64,000 bases of DNA from Eledone cirrhosa. Taxonomy: Eukaryota. Both the position numbers and the translations under genes were made by a program. The notes beneath the pieces are model-generated. The model made no database searches. It saw nothing but the letters and a program-made list of their open reading frames with translations, and was not told the origin of the DNA. Location: positions 29,574,001 to 29,638,000 of the forward strand of contig OZ024747.1 of assembly GCA_964016885.1 (NCBI GenBank). The letters run 5' to 3'. Each line of letters opens with the position of its first letter. The stretch's first letter is position 1. This document shows positions 9,901-24,600 of the stretch, in pieces.

Positions 9901-12699
9901 TAAAAAAAATCAGGGGTAGATAATTTGTAAAAAAAAATCGGGGAGATAATTTGTAAAAAAAAAATCAGGGGGAGATAATTTGTAAAAAAATCAAGGGGAG
10001 ATAATTTCCAGCCGTCCAAGGGGAGATAATTTTCAGCCGTCCAAGGAGGTAATTTCTAGCCGTCCAAGGGGAGATAATTTCCAGCCGTCCAAGGGGAGAT
10101 AATTTTTTTTAAAAAATCAGGCGGAGATAATTTGTAAACAAAAATCAGGGGGAGATAATGTGTAAAAAAAAATTAGGGGGAGATAATTTGTAAAAAAAAA
10201 TCATGGGGAGATAATTTGTAAAAAAATTCAGGGGTAGATAATTTCCAGCCGTCCAAGGGGAGATAATTTCCATCCTTCCAAGGGGAGATAATTTCCAGCC
10301 GTCCAAGGGGAGATAATTTCCCGCCAGCCAAGGAGAGATAATATTTAAAAAAATCAGGCGGGGATAATTTGTAAAAAAAATCAGGGGGAGATAATTTGTA
10401 AAAAAATCAGGGGGAGATAATTTGTAAAAAAAAATCAGGGGGAGATAATTTGTAAAAAAAAATCAGGGGGAGATAATTTGTAAAAAAAAATCAGGGGGAG
10501 ATAATTTGTAAAAAAAATCAAGGGGAGATAATTTCCAGCCGTCCAAGGGGAGATAATTTTCAGCCGTCCAAGGAGAGGTAAATTCTAGCCGTCCAAGGGG
10601 AGATAATTTCCAGCCGTCCAAGGGGAGATAATTTTTAAAAAAAAATCAGGCGGAGATAATTTGTAAACAAAAATCAGGGGGAGATAATTTTTAAAAAAAA
10701 ATCAGGGGGAGATAATTTGTAAAAAAAAATCAGGGGGAGATAATTTGTAAAAAAAATCAAGGGGAGATAATTTCCAGCCGTCCAAGGGGAGGTAATATCT
10801 AGCCATCCAAGGGGAGATAATTTCCAGCCGTCCAAGGGGAGATAATTTCCAGCCGTCCAAGGGGAGATAATATCCAGCCGTCCAAGGAGACATATTTTCC
10901 AGCCGTCCAAGGAGAGGTAATTTCTAGCCGTCCAAGGGGAGATAAGTTCCAGCCTCCAAGGGGAGATAATTTCCAGCCAGCCAAGGGGAGATAATTTCTA
11001 AAAAAATCAGGGGGGAGATAATTTGTAAAAAAAATCAGGGGGAGATAATTTGAAAAAAACATCAGGGGGAGATAATTTGTAAAAAATATCAAGGGGAGAT
11101 AATTTCCAGCCCTCCAAGGGGCTATAATTTCCAGCCGTGCAAGGGGAGATAATTTCCAGCCGTCCAAGGGGAGATAATTTCCATCCTTCCAAGGGGAGAT
11201 AATTTCCAGCCGTCCAAGGGGAGATAATTTCCCGCCAGCCAAGGGAAGATAATTTTTTAAAAAATCAGGCGGAGATTGTAAAAAAAATCAGGGGGAGATA
11301 ATTTGTAAAAAAATCAGGGGGAGATAATTTGTAAAAAAAAAATCAGGGGGAGATAATTTGTAAAAAAAAATCAGGGGGAGATAATTTGTAAAAAAAATCA
11401 GGGGGAGATAATTTGTAAAAAAAATCAGGGGTAGATAATTTGTAAAAAAAATCAGGGGGAGATAATTTGTAAAAAAAATCAGGGGGAGATAATTTGTAAA
11501 AAAAATCAGGGGTAGATAATTTTCAGCCGTCCAAGGGGAGATAATTTCCATCCTTCCAAGGGGAGATAATTTCCAGCCGTCCAAGGGGAGATAATTTCCC
11601 GCCAGCCAAGGAGAGATAACATTTAAAAAAATCAGGCGGAGATAATTTGTTAAAAAATCAGGGGGAGATAATTTGTAAAAAAAATCAGGGGTAGATAATT
11701 TTCAGCCGTCCAAGGGGAGATAATTTCCATCCTTCCAAGGGGAGATAATTTCCAGCCGTCCAAGGGGAGATAATTTCCCGCCAGCCAAGGAGAGATAACA
11801 TTTAAAAAAATCAGGGGGAGATAATTTGTAAAAAAAAATCAGGGGGAGATAATTCGTAAAAAAAAATCAGGGGGAGATAATTTGTAAAAAAAAAATCAGG
11901 GGTAGATAATTTGTAAAAAAAAATCAGGGGGAGATAATTTGTAAAAAAAAAATCAGGGGGAGATAATTTGTAAAAAAATCAAGGGGAGATAATTTCCAGC
12001 CGTCCAAGGGGAGATAATTTTCAGCCGTCCAAGGAGAGGTAATTTCTAGCCGTCCAAGGGGAGATAATTTCCAGCCGTCCAAGGGGAGATAATTTTTAAA
12101 AAAAAATCAGGCGGAGATAATTTGTAAACAAAAATCAGGGGGAGATAATTTGTAAAAAAAAATCAGGGGGAGATAATTTGTAAAAAAAAATCAGGGGGAG
12201 ATAATTTGTAAAAAAAATCAAGGGGAGATAATTTGTAAAAAAAAATCAGGGGTAGATAATTTGTAAAAAAAAATCAGGGGGAGATAATTTGTAAAAAAAA
12301 AATCAGGGGGAGATAATTTGTAAAAAAATCAAGGGGAGATAATTTCCAGCCGTCCAAGGGGAGATAATTTTCAGCCGTCCAAGGACAGGTAATTTCTAGC
12401 CGTCCAAGGGGAGATAATTTCCAGCCAGCCAAGGGGAGATAATTTGTAAAAAAATCAGGGGTAGATAATTTGTAAAAAAAAATCAGGGGGAGATAATTTG
12501 TAAAAAAAATCAGGGGGAGATAATTTGTAAAAAAAATCAGGGGTAGATAATTACCAGCCGTCCAAGGGGAGATAATTTCCATCCTTCCAAGGGGAGATAA
12601 TTTCCAGCCGTCCAAGGGGAGATAATTTCCCGCCAGCCAAGGAGAGATAACATTTAAAAAAATCAGGCGGAGATAATTTGTAAAAAAAATCAGTGGGAG

Positions 12700-15600
12700 A
12701 TAATTTGTAAAAAAATCAGGGGGAGATAATTTGTAAAAAAAATCAGGGGTAGATAATTTCCAGCCGTCCAAGGGGAGATAATTTCCATCCTTCCAAGGGG
12801 AGATAATTTCCAGCCGTCCAAGGGGAGATAATTTCCCGCCAGCCAAGGAGAGATAATATTTAAAAAAATCAGGCGGAGATAATTTGTAAAAAAAATCAGG
12901 GGGAGATAATTTGTAAAAAAATCAGGGGGAGATAATTTGTAAAAAAAAATCAGGGGAGATAATTTGTAAAAAAAATCAGGGGGAGATAATTTGTAAAAAA
13001 AAATCAGGGGTAGATAATTTGTAAAAAAAAATCAGGGGGAGATAATTTGTAAAAAAAAAATCAGGGGGAGATAATTTGTAAAAAAATCAAGGGGAGATAA
13101 TTTCCAGCCGTCCAAGGGGAGATAATTTTCAGCCGTCCAAGGAGGTAATTTCTAGCCGTCCAAGGGGAGATAATTTCCAGCCGTCCAAGGGGATATAATT
13201 TTTTTTTAAAAATCAGGCGGAGATAATTTGTAAACAAAAATCAGGGGGAGATAATTTGTAAAAAAAAATCAGGGGGAGATAATTTGTAAAAAAAAATCAG
13301 GGGGAGATAATTTGTAAAAAAAATCAAGGGGAGATAATTTCCAGCCGTCCAAGGGGAGGTAATATCTAGCCATCCAAGGGGAGATAATTTCCAGCCGTCC
13401 AAGGGGAGATAATTTCCAGCCGTCCAAGGGGAGATAATATCCAGCCGTCCAAGGAGACATATTTTCCAGCCGTCCAAGGAGAGGTAATTTCTAGCCGTCC
13501 AAGGGGAGATAAGTTCCAGCCTCCAAGGGGAGAAAATTTCCAGCCAGCCAAGGGGAGATAATTTGTAAAAAAATCAGGGGGAGATAATTTGTAAAAAAAA
13601 AATCAGGGGGAGATAATTTGTAAAAAAATCAGGGGGAGATAATTTGTAAAAAAAAAATCAGGGGGAGATAATTTGTAAAAAAAATCAGGGGGAGATAATT
13701 TGTAGAAAAAATCAGGGGTAGATAATTTGTAAAAAAAATCAGGGGGAGATAATTTGTAAAAAAAATCAGGGGGAGATAATTTGTAAAAAAAATCAGGGGT
13801 AGATAATTTTCAGCCGTCCAAGGGGAGATAATTTCCATCCTTCCAAGGGGAGATAATTTCCAGCCGTCCAAGGGGAGATAATTTCCCGCCAGCCAAGGAG
13901 AGATAACATTTAAAAAAATCAGGCGGAGATAATTTGTAAAAAAAATCAGGGGGAGATAATTTGTAAAAAAATCAGGGGGAGATAATTTGTAAAAAAAATC
14001 AGGGGTAGATAATTTCCAGCCGTCCAAGGGGAGATAATTTCCATCCTTCCAAGGGGAGATAATTTCCAGCCGTCCAAGGGGAGATAATTTCCCGCCAGCC
14101 AAGGAGAGATAATATTTAAAAAAATCAGGCGGAGATAATTTGTAAAAAAAATCAGGGGGAGATAATTTGTAAAAAAATCAGGGGGAGATAATTTGTAAAA
14201 AAAAATCAGGGGGAGATAATTTGTAAAAAAAATCAGGGGGAGATAATTTGTAAAAAAAAATCAGGGGTAGATAATTTGTAAAAAAAAATCAGGGGGAGAT
14301 AATTTGTAAAAAAAAAATCAGGGGGAGATAATTTGTAAAAAAATCAAGGGGAGATAATTTCCAGCCGTCCAAGGGGAGATAATTTTCAGCCGTCCAAGGA
14401 GAGGTAATTTCTAGCCGTCCAAGGGGAGATAATTTCCAGCCGTCCAAGGGGAGATAATTTTTTTAAAAAAATCAGGCGGAGATAATTTGTAAACAAAAAT
14501 CAGGGGGAGATAATTTGTAAAAAAAAATCAGGGGGAGATAATTTGTAAAAAAAAAATCAGGGGGTGATAATTTGTAAAAAAATCAAGGGGAGATAATTTC
14601 CAGCCGTCCAAGGGGAGATAATTTTCAGCCGTCCAAGGAGAGGTAATTTCTAGCCGTCCAAGGGGAGATAATTTCCAGCCAGCCAAGGGGAGATAATTTG
14701 TAAAAAAATCAGGGGTAGATAATTTGTAAAAAAAAATCAGGGGGAGATAATTTGTAAAAAAAATCAGGGGGAGATAATTTGTAAAAAAATCAGGGGGAGA
14801 TAATTTGTAAAAAAAATCAGGGGGAGATAATTTGTAAAAAAATCAGGGGGAGATAATTTGTAAAAAAAAAATCAGGGGGATATAATTTGTAAAAAAAACA
14901 GGGCGAGATAATTTGTAAAAAAAATCAGGGGTAGATAATTTGTAAAAAAAATCAGGGGGAGATAATTTGTAAAAAAAATCAGGGGGAGATAATTTGTAAA
15001 AAAAATCAGGGGTAGATAATTTCCAGCCGTCCAAGGGGAGATAATTTCCATCCTTCCAAGGGGAGATAATTTCCAGCCGTCCAAGGGGAGATAATTTCCC
15101 GCCAGCCAAGGAGAGATAACATTTAAAAAAATCAGGCGGAGATAATTTGTAAAAAAAATCAGGGGGAGATAATTTGTAAAAAAATCAGGGGGAGATAATT
15201 TGTAAAAAAAATCAGGGGTAGATAATTTCCAGCCGTCCAAGGGGAGATAATTTCCATCCTTCCAAGGGGAGATAATTTCCAGCCGTCCAAGGGGAGATAA
15301 TTTCCCGCCAGCCAAGGAGAGATAATATTTAAAAAAATCAGGCGGAGATAATTTGTAAAAAAAATCAGGGGGAGATAATTTGTAAAAAAATCAGGGGGAG
15401 ATAATTTGTAAAAAAAAATCAGGGGAGATAATTTGTAAAAAAAATCAGGGGGAGATAATTTGTAAAAAAAATCAGGGGTAGATAATTTGTAAAAAAAAAT
15501 CAGGGGGAGATAATTTGTAAAAAAAAAATCAGGGGGAGATAATTTGTAAAAAAATCAAGGGGAGATAATTTCCAGCCGTCCAAGGGGAGATAATTTTCAG

Positions 15601-18600
15601 CCGTCCAAGGAGGTAATTTCTAGCCGTCCAAGGGGAGATAATTTCCAGCCGTCCAAGGGGAGATAATTTTTTTAAAAAAATCAGGCGGAGATAATTTGTA
15701 AACAAAAATCAGGGGGAGATAATTTGTAAAAAAAAATCAGGGGGAGATAATTTGTAAAAAAAAATCAGGGGGAGATAATTTGTAAAAAAAATCAAGGGGA
15801 GATAATTTCCAGCCGTCCAAGGGGAGGTAATATCTAGCCATCCAAGGGGAGATAATTTCCAGCCGTCCAAGGGGAGATAATTTCCAGCCGTCCAAGGGGA
15901 GATAATATCCAGCCGTCCAAGGAGACATATTTTCCAGCCGTCCAAGGAGAGGTAATTTCTAGCCGTCCAAGGGGAGATAAGTTCCAGCCTCCAAGGGGAG
16001 ATAATTTCCAGCCAGCCAAGGGGAGATAATTTGTAAAAAAATCAGGGGGAGATAATTTGTAAAAAAAAAATCAGGGGGAGATAATTTGTAAAAAAATCAG
16101 GGGGAGATAATTTGTAAAAAAAAAATCAGGGGGAGATAATTTGTAAAAAAAATCAGGGGGAGATAATTTGTAAAAAAAATCAGGGGTAGATAATTTGTAA
16201 AAAAAATCAGGGGGAGATAATTTGTAAAAAAAATCAGGGGGAGATAATTTGTAAAAAAAATCAGGGGTAGATAATTTTCAGCCGTCCAAGGGGAGATAAT
16301 TTCCATCCTTCCAAGGGGAGATAATTTCCAGCCGTCCAAGGAGAGATAATTTCCCGCCAGCCAAGGAGAGATAACATTTAAAAAAATCAGGCGGAGATAA
16401 TTTGTAAAAAAAATCAGTGGGAGATAATTTGTAAAAAAATCAGGGGGAGATAATTTGTAAAAAAAATCAGGGGTAGATAATTTCCAGCCGTCCAAGGGGA
16501 GATAATTTCCATCCTTCCAAGGGGAGATAATTTCCAGCCGTCCAAGGGGAGATAATTTCCCGCCAGCCAAGGAGAGATAATATTTAAAAAAATCAGGCGG
16601 AGATAATTTGTAAAAAAAATCAGGGGGAGATAATTTGTAAAAAAAATCAGGGGGAGATAATTTGTAGAAAAAATCAGGGGTAGATAATTTGTAAAAAAAA
16701 TCAGGGGGAGATAATTTGTAAAAAAAATCAGGGGGAGATAATTTGTAAAAAAAATCAGGGGTAGATAATTTTCAGCCGTCCAAGGGGAGATAATTTCCAT
16801 CCTTCCAAGGGGAGATAATTTCCAGCCGTCCAAGGGGAGATAATCTCCCGCCAGCCAAGGAGAGATAACATTTAAAAAAATCAGGCGGAGATAATTTGTA
16901 AAAAAAATCAGGGGGAGATAATTTGTAAAAAAATCAGGGGGAGATAATTTGTAAAAAAAATCAGGGGTAGATAATTTCCAGCCGTCCAAGGGGAGATAAT
17001 TTCCATCCTTCCAAGGGGAGATAATTTCCAGCCGTCCAAGGGGAGATAATTTCCCGCCAGCCAAGGAGAGATAATATTTAAAAAAATCAGGCGGAGATAA
17101 TTTGTAAAAAAAATCAGGGGGAGATAATTTGTAAAAAAATCAGGGGGAGATAATTTGTAAAAAAAAATCAGGGGGAGATAATTTGTAAAAAAAATCAGGG
17201 GGAGATAATTTGTAAAAAAAATCAGGGGTAGATAATTTGTAAAAAAAAATCAGGGGGAGATAATTTGTAAAAAAAAAATCAGGGGGAGATAATTTGTAAA
17301 AAAATCAAGGGGAGATAATTTCCAGCCGTCCAAGGGGAGATAATTTTCAGCCGTCCAAGGAGAGGTAATTTCTCGCCGTCCAAGGGGAGATAATTTCCAG
17401 CCGTCCAAGGGGAGATAATTTTTTTAAAAAAATCAGGCGGAGATAATTTGTAAAAAAAAATCAGGGGGAGATAATTTGTAAAAAAAAATCAGGGGGAGAT
17501 AATTTGTAAAAAAAATCAAGGGGAGATAATTTCCAGCCGTCCAAGGGGAGGTAATATCTAGCCATCCAAGGGGAGATAATTTCCAGCCGTCCAAGGGGAG
17601 ATAATTTCCAGCCGTCCAAGGGGAGATAATATCCAGCCGTCCAAGGAGACATATTTTCCAGCCGTCCAAGGAGAGGTAATTTCTAGCCGTCCAAGGGGAG
17701 ATAAGTTCCAGCCTCCAAGGGGAGATAATTTCCAGCCAGCCAAGGGGAGATAATTTGTAAAAAAATCAGGGGGAGATAATTTGTAAAAAAAAAATCAGGG
17801 GGAGATAATTTGTAAAAAAATCAGGGGGAGATAATTTGTAAAAAAAAAATCAGGGGGAGATAATTTGTAAAAAAAATCAGGGGGAGATAATTTGTAAAAA
17901 AAATCAGGGGTAGATAATTTGTAAAAAAAATCAGGGGGAGATAATTTGTAAAAAAAATCAGGGGTAGATAATTTTCAGCCGTCCAAGGGGAGATAATTTC
18001 CATCCTTCCAAGGGGAGATAATTTCCAGCCGTCCAAGGAGAGATAATTTCCCGCCAGCCAAGGAGAGATAACATTTAAAAAAATCAGGCGGAGATAATTT
18101 GTAAAAAAAATCAGGGGGAGATAATTTGTAAAAAAATCAGGGGGAGATAATTTGTAAAAAAAATCAGGGGTAGATAATTTCCAGCCGTCCAAGGGGAGAT
18201 AATTTCCATCCTTCCAAGGGGAGATAATTTCCAGCCGTCCAAGGGGAGATAATTTCCCGCCAGCCAAGGAGAGATAATATTTAAAAAAATCAGGCGGAGA
18301 TAATTTGTAAAAAAAATCAGGGGGAGATAATTTGTAAAAAAATCAGGGGGAGATAATTTGTAAAAGAAAATCAGGGGGAGATAATTTGTAAAAAAAATCA
18401 GGGGGAGATAATTTGTAAAAAAAAATCAGGGGTAGATAATTTGTAAAAAAAAATCAGGGGGAGATAATTTGTAAAAAAAAAATCAGGGGGAGATAATTTG
18501 TAAAAAAATCAAGGGGAGATAATTTCCAGCCGTCCAAGGGGAGATAATTTTCAGCCGTCCAAGTAGAGGTAATTTCTAGCCGTCCAAGGGGAGATAATTT

Positions 18601-21600
18601 CCAGCCGTCCAAGGGGAGATAATTTTTTTAAAAAAATCAGGCGGAGATAATTTGTAAACAAAAATCAGGGGGAGATAATTTATAAAAAAAATCAGGGGGA
18701 GATAATTTGTAAAAAAAAATCAGGGGGAGATAATTTGTAAAAAAATTCAAGGGGAGATAATTTCCAGCCGTCCAAGGGGAGGTAATATCTAGCCATCCAA
18801 GGGGAGATAATTTCCAGCCGTCCAAGGGGAGATAATTTTTTTAAAAAAATCAGGCGGAGATAATTTGTAAACAAAAATCAGGGGGAGATAATTTGTAAAA
18901 AAAAATCAGGGGGAGATAATTTGTAAAAAAAAAATCAGGGGGTGATAATTTGTAAAAAAATCAAGGGGAGATAATTTCCAGCCGTCCAAGGGGAGATAAT
19001 TTTCAGCCGTCCAAGGAGAGGTAATTTCTAGCCGTCCAAGGGGAGATTATTTCCAGCCAGCCAAGGGGAGATAATTTGTAAAAAAATCAGGGGTAGATAA
19101 TTTGTAAAAAAAAATCAGGGGGAGATAATTTGTAAAAAAAATCAGGGGGAGATAATTTGTAAAAAAAATCAGGGGTAGATAATTTCCAGCCGTCCAAGGG
19201 GAGATAATTTCCATCCTTCCAAGGGGAGATAATTTCCAGCCGTCCAAGGGGAGATAATTTCCCGCCAGCCAAGGAGAGATAACATTTAAAAAAATCAGGC
19301 GGAGATAATTTGTAAAAAAAATCAGGGGGAGATAATTTGTAAAAAAATCAGGGGGAGATAATTTGTAAAAAAAAAATCAGGGGGAGATAATTTGTAAAAA
19401 AAATCAGGGCGAGATAATTTGTAAAAAAAATCAGGGGTAGATAATTTGTAAAAAAAATCAGGGGGAGATAATTTGTAAAAAAAATCAGGGGGAGATAATT
19501 TGTAAAAAAAATCAGGGGTAGATAATTTCCAGCCGTCCAAGGGGAGATAATTTCCATCCTTCCAAGGGGAGATAATTTCCAGCCGTCCAAGGGGAGATAA
19601 TTTCCCGCCAGCCAAGGAGAGATAACATTTAAAAAAATCAGGCGGAGATAATTTGTAAAAAAAATCAGGGGGAGATAATTTGTAAAAAAATCAGGGGGAG
19701 ATAATTTGTAAAAAAAATCAGGGGTAGATAATTTCCAGCCGTCCAAGGGGAGATAATTTCCATCCTTCCAAGGGGAGATAATTTCCAGCCGTCCAAGGGG
19801 AGATAATTTCCCGCCAGCCAAGGAGAGATAATATTTAAAAAAATCAGGCGGAGATAATTTGTAAAAAAAATCAGGGGGAGATAATTTGTAAAAAAATCAG
19901 GGGGAGATAATTTGTAAAAAAAAATCAGGGGAGATAATTTGTAAAAAAAATCAGGGGGAGATAATTTGTAAAAAAAAATCAGGGGTAGATAATTTGTAAA
20001 AAAAAATCAGGGGGAGATAATTTGTAAAAAAAAAATCAGGGGGAGATAATTTGTAAAAAAATCAAGGGGAGATAATTTCCAGCCGTCCAAGGGGAGATAA
20101 TTTTCAGCCGTCCAAGGAGGTAATTTCTAGCCGTCCAAGGGGAGATAATTTCCAGCCGTCCAAGGGGATATAATTTTTTTTTAAAAATCAGGCGGAGATA
20201 ATTTGTAAACAAAAATCAGGGGGAGATAATTTGTAAAAAAAAATCAGGGGGAGATAATTTGTAAAAAAAAATCAGGGGGAGATAATTTGTAAAAAAAATC
20301 AAGGGGAGATAATTTCCAGCCGTCCAAGGGGAGGTAATATCTAGCCATCCAAGGGGAGATAATTTCCAGCCGTCCAAGGGGAGATAATTTCCAGCCGTCC
20401 AAGGGGAGATAATATCCAGCCGTCCAAGGAGACATATTTTCCAGCCGTCCAAGGAGAGGTAATTTCTAGCCGTCCAAGGGGAGATAAGTTCCAGCCTCCA
20501 AGGGGAGAAAATTTCCAGCCAGCCAAGGGGAGATAATTTGTAAAAAAATCAGGGGGAGATAATTTGTAAAAAAAAAATCAGGGGGAGATAATTTGTAAAA
20601 AAATCAGGGGGAGATAATTTGTAAAAAAAAAATCAGGGGGAGATAATTTGTAAAAAAAATCAGGGGGAGATAATTTGTAGAAAAAATCAGGGGTAGATAA
20701 TTTGTAAAAAAAATCAGGGGGAGATAATTTGTAAAAAAAATCAGGGGGAGATAATTTGTAAAAAAAATCAGGGGTAGATAATTTTCAGCCGTCCAAGGGG
20801 AGATAATTTCCATCCTTCCAAGGGGAGATAATTTCCAGCCGTCCAAGGGGAGATAATTTCCCGCCAGCCAAGGAGAGATAACATTTAAAAAAATCAGGCG
20901 GAGATAATTTGTAAAAAAAATCAGGGGGAGATAATTTGTAAAAAAATCAGGGGGAGATAATTTGTAAAAAAAATCAGGGGTAGATAATTTCCAGCCGTCC
21001 AAGGGGAGATAATTTCCATCCTTCCAAGGGGAGATAATTTCCAGCCGTCCAAGGGGAGATAATTTCCCGCCAGCCAAGGAGAGATAATATTTAAAAAAAT
21101 CAGGCGGAGATAATTTGTAAAAAAAATCAGGGGGAGATAATTTGTAAAAAAATCAGGGGGAGATAATTTGTAAAAAAAAATCAGGGGGAGATAATTTGTA
21201 AAAAAAATCAGGGGGAGATAATTTGTAAAAAAAAATCAGGGGTAGATAATTTGTAAAAAAAAATCAGGGGGAGATAATTTGTAAAAAAAAAATCAGGGGG
21301 AGATAATTTGTAAAAAAATCAAGGGGAGATAATTTCCAGCCGTCCAAGGGGAGATAATTTTCAGCCGTCCAAGGAGAGGTAATTTCTAGCCGTCCAAGGG
21401 GAGATAATTTCCAGCCGTCCAAGGGGAGATAATTTTTTTAAAAAAATCAGGCGGAGATAATTTGTAAACAAAAATCAGGGGGAGATAATTTGTAAAAAAA
21501 AATCAGGGGGAGATAATTTGTAAAAAAAAAATCAGGGGGTGATAATTTGTAAAAAAATCAAGGGGAGATAATTTCCAGCCGTCCAAGGGGAGATAATTTT

Positions 21601-24600
21601 CAGCCGTCCAAGGAGAGGTAATTTCTAGCCGTCCAAGGGGAGATAATTTCCAGCCAGCCAAGGGGAGATAATTTGTAAAAAAATCAGGGGTAGATAATTT
21701 GTAAAAAAAAATCAGGGGGAGATAATTTGTAAAAAAAATCAGGGGGAGATAATTTGTAAAAAAATCAGGGGGAGATAATTTGTAAAAAAAATCAGGGGGA
21801 GATAATTTGTAAAAAAATCAGGGGGAGATAATTTGTAAAAAAAAAATCAGGGGGATATAATTTGTAAAAAAAACAGGGCGAGATAATTTGTAAAAAAAAT
21901 CAGGGGTAGATAATTTGTAAAAAAAATCAGGGGGAGATAATTTGTAAAAAAAATCAGGGGGAGATAATTTGTAAAAAAAATCAGGGGTAGATAATTTCCA
22001 GCCGTCCAAGGGGAGATAATTTCCATCCTTCCAAGGGGAGATAATTTCCAGCCGTCCAAGGGGAGATAATTTCCCGCCAGCCAAGGAGAGATAACATTTA
22101 AAAAAATCAGGCGGAGATAATTTGTAAAAAAAATCAGGGGGAGATAATTTGTAAAAAAATCAGGGGGAGATAATTTGTAAAAAAAATCAGGGGTAGATAA
22201 TTTCCAGCCGTCCAAGGGGAGATAATTTCCATCCTTCCAAGGGGAGATAATTTCCAGCCGTCCAAGGGGAGATAATTTCCCGCCAGCCAAGGAGAGATAA
22301 TATTTAAAAAAATCAGGCGGAGATAATTTGTAAAAAAAATCAGGGGGAGATAATTTGTAAAAAAATCAGGGGGAGATAATTTGTAAAAAAAAATCAGGGG
22401 AGATAATTTGTAAAAAAAATCAGGGGGAGATAATTTGTAAAAAAAATCAGGGGTAGATAATTTGTAAAAAAAAATCAGGGGGAGATAATTTGTAAAAAAA
22501 AAATCAGGGGGAGATAATTTGTAAAAAAATCAAGGGGAGATAATTTCCAGCCGTCCAAGGGGAGATAATTTTCAGCCGTCCAAGGAGGTAATTTCTAGCC
22601 GTCCAAGGGGAGATAATTTCCAGCCGTCCAAGGGGAGATAATTTTTTTAAAAAAATCAGGCGGAGATAATTTGTAAACAAAAATCAGGGGGAGATAATTT
22701 GTAAAAAAAAATCAGGGGGAGATAATTTGTAAAAAAAAATCAGGGGGAGATAATTTGTAAAAAAAATCAAGGGGAGATAATTTCCAGCCGTCCAAGGGGA
22801 GGTAATATCTAGCCATCCAAGGGGAGATAATTTCCAGCCGTCCAAGGGGAGATAATTTCCAGCCGTCCAAGGGGAGATAATATCCAGCCGTCCAAGGAGA
22901 CATATTTTCCAGCCGTCCAAGGAGAGGTAATTTCTAGCCGTCCAAGGGGAGATAAGTTCCAGCCTCCAAGGGGAGATAATTTCCAGCCAGCCAAGGGGAG
23001 ATAATTTGTAAAAAAATCAGGGGGAGATAATTTGTAAAAAAAAAATCAGGGGGAGATAATTTGTAAAAAAATCAGGGGGAGATAATTTGTAAAAAAAAAA
23101 TCAGGGGGAGATAATTTGTAAAAAAAATCAGGGGGAGATAATTTGTAAAAAAAATCAGGGGTAGATAATTTGTAAAAAAAATCAGGGGGAGATAATTTGT
23201 AAAAAAAATCAGGGGGAGATAATTTGTAAAAAAAATCAGGGGTAGATAATTTTCAGCCGTCCAAGGGGAGATAATTTCCATCCTTCCAAGGGGAGATAAT
23301 TTCCAGCCGTCCAAGGAGAGATAATTTCCCGCCAGCCAAGGAGAGATAACATTTAAAAAAATCAGGCGGAGATAATTTGTAAAAAAAATCAGTGGGAGAT
23401 AATTTGTAAAAAAATCAGGGGGAGATAATTTGTAAAAAAAATCAGGGGTAGATAATTTCCAGCCGTCCAAGGGGAGATAATTTCCATCCTTCCAAGGGGA
23501 GATAATTTCCAGCCGTCCAAGGGGAGATAATTTCCCGCCAGCCAAGGAGAGATAATATTTAAAAAAATCAGGCGGAGATAATTTGTAAAAAAAATCAGGG
23601 GGAGATAATTTGTAAAAAAAATCAGGGGGAGATAATTTGTAGAAAAAATCAGGGGTAGATAATTTGTAAAAAAAATCAGGGGGAGATAATTTGTAAAAAA
23701 AATCAGGGGGAGATAATTTGTAAAAAAAATCAGGGGTAGATAATTTTCAGCCGTCCAAGGGGAGATAATTTCCATCCTTCCAAGGGGAGATAATTTCCAG
23801 CCGTCCAAGGGGAGATAATCTCCCGCCAGCCAAGGAGAGATAACATTTAAAAAAATCAGGCGGAGATAATTTGTAAAAAAAATCAGGGGGAGATAATTTG
23901 TAAAAAAATCAGGGGGAGATAATTTGTAAAAAAAATCAGGGGTAGATAATTTCCAGCCGTCCAAGGGGAGATAATTTCCATCCTTCCAAGGGGAGATAAT
24001 TTCCAGCCGTCCAAGGGGAGATAATTTCCCGCCAGCCAAGGAGAGATAATATTTAAAAAAATCAGGCGGAGATAATTTGTAAAAAAAATCAGGGGGAGAT
24101 AATTTGTAAAAAAATCAGGGGGAGATAATTTGTAAAAAAAAATCAGGGGGAGATAATTTGTAAAAAAAATCAGGGGGAGATAATTTGTAAAAAAAATCAG
24201 GGGTAGATAATTTGTAAAAAAAAATCAGGGGGAGATAATTTGTAAAAAAAAAATCAGGGGGAGATAATTTGTAAAAAAATCAAGGGGAGATAATTTCCAG
24301 CCGTCCAAGGGGAGATAATTTTCAGCCGTCCAAGGAGAGGTAATTTCTCGCCGTCCAAGGGGAGATAATTTCCAGCCGTCCAAGGGGAGATAATTTTTTT
24401 AAAAAAATCAGGCGGAGATAATTTGTAAAAAAAAATCAGGGGGAGATAATTTGTAAAAAAAAATCAGGGGGAGATAATTTGTAAAAAAAATCAAGGGGAG
24501 ATAATTTCCAGCCGTCCAAGGGGAGGTAATATCTAGCCATCCAAGGGGAGATAATTTCCAGCCGTCCAAGGGGAGATAATTTCCAGCCGTCCAAGGGGAG

